This document shows, in pieces, positions 1 through 7,444 of a DNA stretch of 24,702 nt. Under the pieces are notes generated by a model. That model was not told the DNA's origin. It ran no database searches and saw only the letters and a list, made by a program, of their open reading frames with translations. Source of the stretch: Streptosporangiaceae bacterium (lineage in GTDB: Bacteria; Actinomycetota; Actinomycetes; Streptosporangiales; Streptosporangiaceae). The position numbers and the translations under genes are program-made. Within the stretch, counting starts at the first letter, position 1; every line of letters starts with the position of its first letter. The stretch spans positions 1-24,702 of the forward strand of contig DASQSC010000246.1 of assembly GCA_035642555.1 (NCBI GenBank), given 5' to 3'.

Positions 1-1
1 C

Positions 2-211
2 CCGCTGGGGCTCACCGCCCGCGAGTTCGAAGTGCTGCGGCTGGTCTCGGCCGGGCGGTCGAACCCGGAGATCGCGGCCGAGCTGTTCATCTCCGCCAAG
101 ACCGCCAGCGTCCACGTCTCGAACATCCTGGCCAAGCTGGGAGTGAGCAGCCGGGGCGAGGCGGCCGCCGCCGCCCACCGGCTGCACCTGTTCACCCCGG
201 CGGTCAGGTAA
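2..211 (+). CDS. LuxR-family HTH transcriptional regulator, C-terminal fragment (5' end outside window)
   Basis: Frame from nt 2 reads [61 protein letters not shown], ending at TAA 209-211. This is a typical LuxR/GerE HTH (LTxRExEVLxL...SNxEIAxxLFIS.KT...HVSNIL.KLG). Confidence 0.95.
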   Translation, partial: PLGLTAREFEVLRLVSAGRSNPEIAAELFISAKTASVHVSNILAKLGVSSRGEAAAAAHRLHLFTPAVR

Positions 212-272
212 CGGGTCCGCGGCTGGGCGAGCCGGGCCGCACGCCGCTAAAGCAGCTGATCCCGCCTGACCC

Positions 273-1712
273 TTAGGTAGCCGACTCGGCTGACTCGTCG
301 GCGGCCCCGGGCGGGAATGACGGTGAACCAGCCGTGCCTGTTGTGGCACGCCGTGCCATCATCGCTGGAGTTGCCCGCGGCCAGAGCCCCGGTCCAGGGA
401 GCGGAGGCTGGCCGGTATCGACGGTCGGGGACGCAGTGGTGGGCGGGCGGTCGCGGCGGAGGTCCCAGAGGTGCAGCGGCGGGTTGGGCTGGCGCGGTCC
501 CCGCCGGGGCATTATCTGACCTGGCGCATGGTGATGGATGCTGATGCCTGAAGCCATGGACCAGCTCAGTTGTGCCGCACCTCCGCGTGCCAGCAGCTTG
601 ATTACCTGATCCGGCTGTTGCCGGGAGGTCTTGTACCGGGATGCCAGGTGCTGCAGGTGAGCCTGCCACGTGGCCTGGTCGATGGCCCAGTCGGCCATGT
701 AGCCGACGCACAACTCGGGCGTGATGAGCTCGAGGCGGCCCAAGGCCGCCCTCAGCGATTTGATCATGTCTTTTCGTTCCGGCGATGCGGCCACCTTCGC
801 ATTGACCATGTCAAGCACCTGCCCAATGAAGTGGCGGCGCCTGCCGATAAACGACCGCCAGTGCTCAGCGTCCGCGTCAGCGACGGACCGTCCCTGGTCA
901 AGTAGCCAGTACGCGCCTTCCGCGAGGACGTCTCCCAGCTCCTCGGCCCGGGCCCGGTCCGGGTTGCGGAACGGATCGTAGGGCTGCTGGATGGCTTTCC
1001 CGGCGAGTCCGACCGTACGAAGGCCTTTCTCCGCATCCAGGACGTAGAACCAGTCCTCGTTGTAGATATCCGGGAAAAACGACTGAGTGCGCTCCATCTC
1101 GACGACGAGTGCACCGCCGCCGATGAATGTCTCTTGGCTGCCGCCAGCCTTGCGGTAGGCGTGACAGACGACCGAGTTGTCGGGGAACCCCTCGATGCCC
1201 AGGCCGACAGCGACGTGGACGTCCAGCTGGCCCGCGGCGCGGCGCAGGTCGGCGGGATCGGGGACCCTGATGTCGTCATCAAGGAAGGCGACGCGCTCCC
1301 AGCCCATCAGGCGGCTGAGCAGCAAACCGAGGTTGCGCTTGGCACTGAGATCGGTCCGCCGCGCGAACCTGGTGCCGGCCAGCCGTCGCGACGTCCGGAA
1401 TTCCGGCAGGGGCAGCCGCTCTGGCGCGGGCATGTCGATGGCGACCAGTTCGAGCCGCGAGAGCCGGCCGAGGTGGTGCAGCCAGGTAAGGTGCTGGGCC
1501 GCTTCCTGCGCGCTGGTATAGCGGCCGCTGTGCAAGGTCACCAGCGGGCACCCCAGCTCGGCTGCGACCTTCGCCGCTTCTTCCAGGTACAGCGGTTTAC
1601 GGATCGTCGGCACGATGACGGCGTCCACCCTGGCCGGCGACGAGGTTTCATCCGCTGGCCACAGGAGCTTCTGATGCGAGCCGTGGTGAAGGGGCGTCCC
1701 GTTACCCGTCAC
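273..1712 (-). CDS. Uncharacterised GT-A-fold (DxD) glycosyltransferase-like protein
   Basis: Part of ORF 273..1952. Likely start is GTG 1712 (GAGG 5 nt upstream, 2 nt after the upstream stop) or ATG 1727. Motifs: VDAVIVPT, DLSAKRNLGLLLSRLMGWERVAFLDDDI, GGGAL, FFPDIYNEDWF. The last ~110 aa are Pro-rich and low complexity. The fold is assigned from motifs only. Confidence 0.6.
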   Translation of the reverse strand: MTGNGTPLHHGSHQKLLWPADETSSPARVDAVIVPTIRKPLYLEEAAKVAAELGCPLVTLHSGRYTSAQEAAQHLTWLHHLGRLSRLELVAIDMPAPERLPLPEFRTSRRLAGTRFARRTDLSAKRNLGLLLSRLMGWERVAFLDDDIRVPDPADLRRAAGQLDVHVAVGLGIEGFPDNSVVCHAYRKAGGSQETFIGGGALVVEMERTQSFFPDIYNEDWFYVLDAEKGLRTVGLAGKAIQQPYDPFRNPDRARAEELGDVLAEGAYWLLDQGRSVADADAEHWRSFIGRRRHFIGQVLDMVNAKVAASPERKDMIKSLRAALGRLELITPELCVGYMADWAIDQATWQAHLQHLASRYKTSRQQPDQVIKLLARGGAAQLSWSMASGISIHHHAPGQIMPRRGPRQPNPPLHLWDLRRDRPPTTASPTVDTGQPPLPGPGLWPRATPAMMARRATTGTAGSPSFPPGAADESAESAT

Positions 1713-1714
1713 GG

Positions 1715-2932
1715 TTACCTCGACCATTCGAAAAGCACGGTGTCCGGCTGGGTCCAGTCGGGAGTCAGGGTCGAGCCAGCTTCGACAGTGACCCTGGTAA
1801 GCAGGCAGTACGCCTCGCTGTCGCCGAAGCGTTCCCTGAGGTACTCGGCGTTGCGGTCCCGGAAGTTGGTGTCGGTGAGTGCGCGGACGGCACCCACGCT
1901 GCCCCTCCCGTACATGCCGTTGCAGATGGTCACGGTTCGTTTCCGGTTCCATGGATTGACAGCTCGCGCGAAGAGCGCCACGTCTTCGATGAGAACGGAG
2001 CGCTTACCCGATCTGTCGAGTTTTGGCAGGTAGCGGCTCTGCTGGCCGTCCTTGTCGGCCTGGAAGTAGGCCCCGTCTGGTTCTTCCCACTTGTTGACCT
2101 GCTGTACCGGGAGCTGGAGGCGGGTGAGGACGGCGCGGGTGGCATTGTTCCAGTCCACCCCGCCCACCGCCACCAGGTGCGAGGCGTAGTCATCGGAATC
2201 CAGGTCGTTCGCGGAGCGTCGGAACACGTCACTGGCGGGATTGGCAGCGCGCAGGTGACCGTGCAACTCGAAGAGCGCGTCGAGATCCGCGAAGGTGTAG
2301 AGCTCGATGTAGTCCGGATCGTCGAGGTCCGTATAGGGCATCTGCTCCAGCAGGTCGGTGGCCAGCTGAGCGCAGACCATGGTGATGCGCTTCCCGTCCG
2401 GGAAGTGCCACGGCCCGCTCAGCAGCGCGTCCGCGATCTCGTGGGCTCTCGGGACCGCAAGTGCGCGAAGGATCTCCTGCGGAAGGATCCTGAATTGCTG
2501 CAAGAGCTCTCCCCACGCCTGCTGCTCCAGTTCGGGCACCGGCGCGGCGGCGTCGATCCCGGTCCCGGTGGCGTGGAGAGCATCGCGGCGAAGGCTCATG
2601 AGCTCGCGCAGGAGGCCTTCCCTCGCCTGCCGCTCTGACTCGCTGAGCTCCGGCAGGTCCAGCAGATGAGGCGCCTCACCATCCAGGGACCGGGTAGTGG
2701 CGAAGAAAGTCGCGTAGTCCTCGATCCGGTGGGAGGGCGGGATCCTGGGGACAGTCTGCGATTCCCAGGAGGAGATCAGCGGCACGCTCACTGTTTGCTT
2801 CCCGATGGCCGACCTCGTGGTGGACAGGCCTGCCGCCAGCTGGGGCTGCGTCACCCGGATATCTGGCCACTGCTCTTCCCGGAGGGCACGCAGGCGACGC
2901 GCAAGTGCCCTGCGTGGATCACTCTCATCCAT
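1715..2932 (-). CDS. XRE-like helix-turn-helix protein fused to an uncharacterised C-terminal domain (405 aa)
   Basis: The N-terminus ALARRLRALREEQWPDIRVTQPQLAAGL...VSVPLISSWES is XRE/Cro-like. The ~230-aa C-terminal alpha/beta region (LYTFADLDALFELHGHLRAANP; HLVAVGGVDWN; FARAVNPWN; ICNGMYGRGSVGAVRALTD) is not assignable. SD-like GAGGTGG lies upstream of ATG 2932. Confidence 0.7.
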   Translation of the reverse strand: MDESDPRRALARRLRALREEQWPDIRVTQPQLAAGLSTTRSAIGKQTVSVPLISSWESQTVPRIPPSHRIEDYATFFATTRSLDGEAPHLLDLPELSESERQAREGLLRELMSLRRDALHATGTGIDAAAPVPELEQQAWGELLQQFRILPQEILRALAVPRAHEIADALLSGPWHFPDGKRITMVCAQLATDLLEQMPYTDLDDPDYIELYTFADLDALFELHGHLRAANPASDVFRRSANDLDSDDYASHLVAVGGVDWNNATRAVLTRLQLPVQQVNKWEEPDGAYFQADKDGQQSRYLPKLDRSGKRSVLIEDVALFARAVNPWNRKRTVTICNGMYGRGSVGAVRALTDTNFRDRNAEYLRERFGDSEAYCLLTRVTVEAGSTLTPDWTQPDTVLFEWSR

Positions 2933-2944
2933 CCCCCACCTCTA

Positions 2945-3183
2945 TTCAGCTGAAGTTCAGGGAGCGTAGATAGATACTGAATACCATCCTGCCCCCAGGC
3001 GTAAACCTGCAGGTAGAGCGCCCCTCTCGCGAGGCGGCTACCTGCGATCTTATGCCCCCGTTAAGAGTAGATAGCCCCTTCAGTAGGGGTTGATTAACGC
3101 TTGAAGGGTAGAACACAATCGAGACCAGTGGCCATCGAACCGGCCGATCGGAAGCACAGAGTAACGGAATTAACTGAAGTTCA
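2945..3183. promoter_or_regulatory. Divergent promoter region with repeated candidate operator CTGAAGTTCA (2950-2959 and 3174-3183)
   Basis: Exact 10-bp direct repeat containing the dyad TGAA-G-TTCA. The first copy overlaps the perfect palindrome TTCAGCTGAA (2945-2954). The region is AT-richer than its flanks. Confidence 0.5.
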
Positions 3184-3202
3184 AGTGAAGGGAGGTGATA
3201 CC

Positions 3203-3322
3203 TTGGACGCGCGGAAGCCTACCGGCCCGGCCGCGTGGCCGGCCCCGGACCGCCAGCTTCTGCCGCCTCCGCCCGATCCGGGCCGTCGGCAAGCAAATGC
3301 GGGGCATCCCCATTGGCCCTGA
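3203..3322 (+). CDS. Putative 39-aa Pro-rich small/leader peptide (MDARKPTGPAAWPAPDRQLLPPPPDPGRRQANAGHPHWP)
   Basis: Strong SD AAGGGAGGTGA, with GGAGG at 3191-3195, 7 nt before TTG 3203. Stop TGA 3320-3322. No homology evidence. Confidence 0.35.
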   Translation: MDARKPTGPAAWPAPDRQLLPPPPDPGRRQANAGHPHWP

Positions 3323-3332
3323 GGATGCCCCG
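3300..3332 (+). terminator. GC-rich stem-loop (possible terminator/attenuator, no U-tract)
   Basis: CGGGGCATCC (3300-3309) pairs perfectly with GGATGCCCCG (3323-3332). The 13-nt loop contains the small ORF's stop codon. Confidence 0.4.
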
Positions 3333-3370
3333 GCAGAGAATTCGCAGCGCTCTCACACACAGGAACTCCC

Positions 3371-4627
3371 ATGCCTACGATAGCTTCTGCCCTGCCACAA
3401 GCAAGCACGAGCATCCGGCCCGGGGCACTCTGGGCTGACCGGCCGCCACCCGCCGCCCGCCCGGCGTCCCCCCATCGCTCCTGCCTGATCGGCGGGCTCG
3501 TCCTGGTGATCATCTCCCTGCTGGTCGGCTGCGGTCAGCAGCCCAGCCAGGTTCCGGTCCGCATCGTGGTGACGGCGAGTGCCACCAGGAACGAGCCGGG
3601 GCCGGTCCTCGCGGCCCCTGACCGCGCGCTTCTCTCCCAGGCGGGCGCTACCAGCACCGACGCGGTCTCCTACGTCGTCAACCCGGGCAACGGCCAGCCG
3701 GCCGAGGTAACACTGACCCCGCGCCGGCCGGATGGCCAGGTCGACTACGGACCGGACCGTGGCAACCGGCTCGCCGCCAACCTGGACGCAGTCCAGCAGC
3801 TGCTGGGCCGGGAAGCGGCCAGTCGGCCGTTCGACCTGATCGCTGATATCGCCGCCGCGCGCCGGGTGACCGCAGGCCCGGCCACCCTCCTCATCATCTC
3901 CTCCGGACTGTCAACCGCCGGCGCCCTCGACCTGCGGCAGGTCGGCTGGGGCGCGAATCCCCGGACGGTCGCGGCTCAGCTCCGGCGCGGCGGGCAACTG
4001 CCTAGCCTGGCTGGCTGGCGGGTGACCTTCTCCGGCCTTGGGGACACCGCCGGGGATCAGCCCGCCCTGCCGCTGCCGCAGCGGGCCATGCTGACCAGGC
4101 TGTGGCTGGCCATCTGCCGCGCTACGGGCGCGGCCTCGTGCGGCGTGGACGGGATCACCCGCCCCGGCCCGCCGTCGCAGAGCACCAAGCCGGTCCCCAT
4201 AGTGCCGATCCCGCAGGTGACCTCCGTCCGCGGCCCGCACGGCTCCGCCGGTGTGATCGTTCCCGCCGACGCGTTCTTTGCCTTCAACAGCGCGCGGCTG
4301 CTCCCGGGCGCAGACCGCGTACTCAGCCCGCTCGCCGGCCGGGCGCGCGCCCGGCACCTGGCCGTCTCGGTCACCGGCTACGCATCTCCCGACGGGGGCA
4401 CGGCCGCCTACAACAACGCCCTGTCCCGGCGGCGCGCGGCAGCCGTCGCCGCGCGGCTGATCGCGCTCGGCGTTCCGTCCCGCCAGATCGCCGCGGTCAC
4501 CGGCAAAGGCACCGCGGGCAGGCTCCGTAGCGCCTGCTACCGGCAGGGCCGGCTCGACGAAACCGTCTGCGCTCAGCTGCGTCGCGTCGTGATCACCCTC
4601 AGCTCTCCCGCCGCGGTCATGCATTGA
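3371..4627 (+). CDS. OmpA-like (peptidoglycan-binding) domain lipoprotein
   Basis: Hydrophobic stretch ending in a lipobox (LIGGLVLVIISLLVGC). C-terminal OmpA_C-like motifs FAFNSARL, VTGYAS, YNNALSRRRAAAVAARL, RRVVITL. The central alpha/beta domain (LLIISSGLST) is possibly vWA-like. Confidence 0.8.
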   Translation: MPTIASALPQASTSIRPGALWADRPPPAARPASPHRSCLIGGLVLVIISLLVGCGQQPSQVPVRIVVTASATRNEPGPVLAAPDRALLSQAGATSTDAVSYVVNPGNGQPAEVTLTPRRPDGQVDYGPDRGNRLAANLDAVQQLLGREAASRPFDLIADIAAARRVTAGPATLLIISSGLSTAGALDLRQVGWGANPRTVAAQLRRGGQLPSLAGWRVTFSGLGDTAGDQPALPLPQRAMLTRLWLAICRATGAASCGVDGITRPGPPSQSTKPVPIVPIPQVTSVRGPHGSAGVIVPADAFFAFNSARLLPGADRVLSPLAGRARARHLAVSVTGYASPDGGTAAYNNALSRRRAAAVAARLIALGVPSRQIAAVTGKGTAGRLRSACYRQGRLDETVCAQLRRVVITLSSPAAVMH

Positions 4628-4652
4628 CCGCCACCTTCTTCTGGAGGAAACC

Positions 4653-5534
4653 ATGAGCAGCGAGAACCGACACCCTCCCGCCACTCCCAACGTCCCGGGA
4701 ACCATTGCCGCGACGCGGCATATGACCGCCGATCTCACACAGCCGGACGCTGGCCCCGAGCCCGGGGCCGCTGCTGGCCGCGTCAACCTTGCCGAAGAGG
4801 CACGGCGCGGCTGGATCCGGGCACTGGCTGACGCGCTGCACACCAGGGCGGTGTTCCAATTGCAGCAGCTGGTCCGCCACCCGGACGGCGGCTGGTGCAC
4901 CGCGCAGGAGATCGCCGACCAGGCACGAGAACTACGGGCCCGGATCGCGGCGGAGATCGATAACGGATCGCGTAAGCACCACCACCTGGCCCGCGCCCTC
5001 TGCTGGATCCCCAAGCTGGCGCTGGTCCTGGACTTTGCGCTCCTGCTCTATTTCATGGCCGGGATCACCAACGTGAACTGGGCGACGCCGGTATCCGCCG
5101 CGCTGGGCTTTGCAACCGTCCTGGCCAGCATGGTGACCGCGCTGTCCTTCGGGTTCCTGGCCTACACCGGGCACCGGATGCGGACTCACAAGAACCACGC
5201 CGGCTCCGTGCACCTGTCCGACCTGGACCGCTTCACCCAGGCGGTCTTCGGTGCCGCGCTGGCCGTTATCGCAGTGCTGGCGCTGCTGATGTTCGTCCGG
5301 ATGCGCAGCGAGGTGCTCGGCGCTCTCGGCGAGTCGGCGGGTACCACCGCGCTCGTGATTCCGCTGAGCCTGGCGACCGTCAGCGCCGCCGCGAACTACC
5401 TCGTCATCCTCGTCCACGCCTTCGACGGCTCCGACCAGACGGCCCGCCTGCACCGGCTCTCGGCGGCCGCCCGCCGCCCGCTGGCCAGGGCACATCGCAT
5501 GCGCGAGCGGGCGGCCAGGCACAGCAGCCGATGA
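4653..5534 (+). CDS. Hypothetical multi-pass membrane protein (about 4 TM)
   Basis: SD GGAGG before ATG 4653. Hydrophobic segments LALVLDFALLLYFMAGI, LGFATVLASMVTALSFGFLAY, VFGAALAVIAVLALLMFV, LVIPLSLATVSAAANYLVILV. Stop overlaps the next ATG (ATGA). Confidence 0.75.
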   Translation: MSSENRHPPATPNVPGTIAATRHMTADLTQPDAGPEPGAAAGRVNLAEEARRGWIRALADALHTRAVFQLQQLVRHPDGGWCTAQEIADQARELRARIAAEIDNGSRKHHHLARALCWIPKLALVLDFALLLYFMAGITNVNWATPVSAALGFATVLASMVTALSFGFLAYTGHRMRTHKNHAGSVHLSDLDRFTQAVFGAALAVIAVLALLMFVRMRSEVLGALGESAGTTALVIPLSLATVSAAANYLVILVHAFDGSDQTARLHRLSAAARRPLARAHRMRERAARHSSR

Positions 5535-6592
5535 GCCACCAGCCCGCTCATGGCAGGGCTGGTGGGCCAGGACCGTCACATCCGGGGCCCGGCGGCTGCC
5601 CGGGTCTGGGCAGAGCCCGGCGCCGCCGGGCCTGCGCCGGGGGCGTGGCCGCTTGCCTGACGGTATTCCTGGCAGCGGTGACCACCGTCGGCCATGCCCC
5701 GGCTACGGGCCAGCCGGTTCTGCCCGCCGGACATGGCGCGGCCCCGTTGACTGCCGTGCGGCGGCTCCCCTCGCCGCCGCAGCCGGCCGGGCAGGACGAC
5801 CCGCAACCTGGCCCGCATGCCGCGGCGCCGCGCACATGCCCAGTCACCGCACTCGGATTCGCGTGTGCCATGCAGCGGGGCATCCGGGCGGTCAAGCGGT
5901 ACCTGGCCCGGGCGCCGGGCACGATCGGCCTGGTCCTGCACGACCGCGTGACCGGCGCCACCTGGCGCAATGCGAACGCCGCCACCTCATTCCCGGCCGC
6001 GTCCACGATCAAGCTGGCTATGGCGGTTGACCTCCTGCTGCGCAGCCATGCGGGCAGCGTCCGGCTCAGCCGGGCCGGTCGGGCGTTGCTGGCAGCTGCC
6101 TTGCACCGGAGTTCCGACACGGCCGCGGACCGGCTCTGGTTCGCTTTCGAGGACGCCGGTTTCCTCAGCCGCATCCGGCGTTTCGGCATGACCGGCGCTT
6201 CCTTCACCGCCAGCCCGCCCTACTGGGGTTACATGTACTGCTCCGCAGCCGACCTCGACCACCTGATCAACTACGTACTCGGCGCGCTACCGGCAACCGC
6301 CCGGGCTTATCTGGTCTCACAGCTCCGCCACGTCGCGCCCGTCCAGCAATGGGGCATCTGGGGGGCCGGGCGCGCGGCGCGGCCGGGAAACAAGGACGGC
6401 TGGGAAGACGACGACGGTACCTGGATCGTCGACACAGTCGGCTTCGCCGGGCCCGGCGAGCGGTACACGCTCGCGATCATGGACAACCTGCGGGGGGCAG
6501 CCGGGTTCCGCGCCGGCGCCAGCGGCCTCACCCGGATCGCCGCACTGCTCTTCCACCCGGAACGCGGTCACCAGCAGCCTCTCCGCAGCTAA
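5531..6592 (+). CDS. Secreted/anchored serine hydrolase of class-A beta-lactamase/PBP fold
   Basis: SxxK (ASTIK), an SxN-equivalent SSD (HRSSDTAADRLW) and a KTG-equivalent KDG (NKDGW) occur in the correct order. N-terminal hydrophobic segment followed by a Pro-rich linker. Confidence 0.8.
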   Translation: MSHQPAHGRAGGPGPSHPGPGGCPGLGRARRRRACAGGVAACLTVFLAAVTTVGHAPATGQPVLPAGHGAAPLTAVRRLPSPPQPAGQDDPQPGPHAAAPRTCPVTALGFACAMQRGIRAVKRYLARAPGTIGLVLHDRVTGATWRNANAATSFPAASTIKLAMAVDLLLRSHAGSVRLSRAGRALLAAALHRSSDTAADRLWFAFEDAGFLSRIRRFGMTGASFTASPPYWGYMYCSAADLDHLINYVLGALPATARAYLVSQLRHVAPVQQWGIWGAGRAARPGNKDGWEDDDGTWIVDTVGFAGPGERYTLAIMDNLRGAAGFRAGASGLTRIAALLFHPERGHQQPLRS

Positions 6593-6620
6593 TGGCTCCG
6601 GGCTTGTTCAGGGCGCGGGC

Positions 6621-6653
6621 AACGCCGATAATGATGGGGTCCTTGTCGGCGTT
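6621..6653 (+). terminator. Stem-loop downstream of the serine hydrolase gene
   Basis: AACGCCGATA (6621-6630) pairs with TGTCGGCGTT (6644-6653): 10 bp including one G.U, 13-nt loop, 28 nt after stop 6592. No U-tract. Confidence 0.35.
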
Positions 6654-6752
6654 ACCACGGCGGCCGGTCCACGTCGGCGACGCCGACGCTGCAATTCACG
6701 CTCGCCAGATTGGCTCACCCGCCACAGCCGTGCCATCGGAGTAGCTCGGGGA

Positions 6753-7241
6753 ATGCTACCAGTTCACCGAAAGCTTAGCCCCGGAGAATGGCGGCTCCTG
6801 CGCCATATGAGGCTCACCGCACTTACCGATTCCCCGGCGGCTTTCCTGGCCGCATACGAGGACGAATGCCGTTACAGCGAAGAGGAGTGGCGAGCCGAGT
6901 TCGGCCGCGGGGAGTGGATCATCGGGGAGATCGGCGGCCACCCGGTCAGCCTGGTCGGTGTCACGCGCGAGCCAGGAGCGCCCGACTCGGAACGATACCT
7001 GGAGTACATGTGGGTTGAACCCGGTTACCGCCGATCCCACGTGGCCATCAAAATGCTGGCCGCCATCTTTTCTGACCTGAAGGAATCCGGCGTACGGACG
7101 GTTTTCTTGTGGGTCCTCGACGGCAACCGCGCCGCCGTGCAGCTCTACCAGCAACTGGATTTCGTCAGCACCGCAGAACGGCAGCGGCTGACAATTCGCC
7201 CCGAGAGTTTCGAGGAGCGGTTTAGGCTTGATCTGACCTAG
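6753..7241 (+). CDS. GNAT-family N-acetyltransferase
   Basis: EWRLLRHMRLTALTDSPAAF...EEEW N-terminus; YMWVEPGYRR (motif A region); LWVLDGNRAAVQLYQQLDF (motif B: N..A..LY...GF-like). Confidence 0.9.
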   Translation: MLPVHRKLSPGEWRLLRHMRLTALTDSPAAFLAAYEDECRYSEEEWRAEFGRGEWIIGEIGGHPVSLVGVTREPGAPDSERYLEYMWVEPGYRRSHVAIKMLAAIFSDLKESGVRTVFLWVLDGNRAAVQLYQQLDFVSTAERQRLTIRPESFEERFRLDLT

Positions 7242-7444
7242 AATCGCTGCCACCGGTCCTGTAAATCAAGCTCTGGGCTCACTTCCTTTCCGGAACTCTC
7301 AGAATGCGATCCGCTAGCTGTCGCCGGTCTCGGGGCGGGCGACCGGAGTCATCCGCACAGGAGCTGACCACCCAGGTCGCCGCAGCGTCGCCATGGTCTG
7401 GCCTGGCACGGGTCGGCCCCGCGGCCGCAACGGCTCGGGCTGTG

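Noticed and set aside
3371-5534. Zorya (ZorA/ZorB) or MotA/MotB-like stator, suggested by an OmpA-domain protein next to a multi-TM protein
   Set aside because: The OmpA protein has a lipobox and no Asp in its hydrophobic segment (MotB/ZorB need one). The gene order is reversed, the membrane protein has no long ZorA-type tail, and there are no ZorC/D/E-like genes.
5531-6592. Bona fide class A beta-lactamase resistance gene
   Set aside because: SDN is replaced by SSD and KTG by KDG, and I could not identify an omega-loop ExxLN motif. Only the fold is supported.
6593-6700. Protein-looking minus-strand fragment (RGNADKDPIIIGVARALNKPGAISC) as a pseudogene remnant
   Set aside because: No start or SD, no recognisable family, and the sequence is explained by the hairpin at 6621-6653.
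273-7241. In-frame TTA (bldA-type) codons in the regulator, GT-like and GNAT genes
   Set aside because: The TTA/TAA triplets I checked (e.g. 848-850, 1487-1489, 1798-1800) are out of frame.
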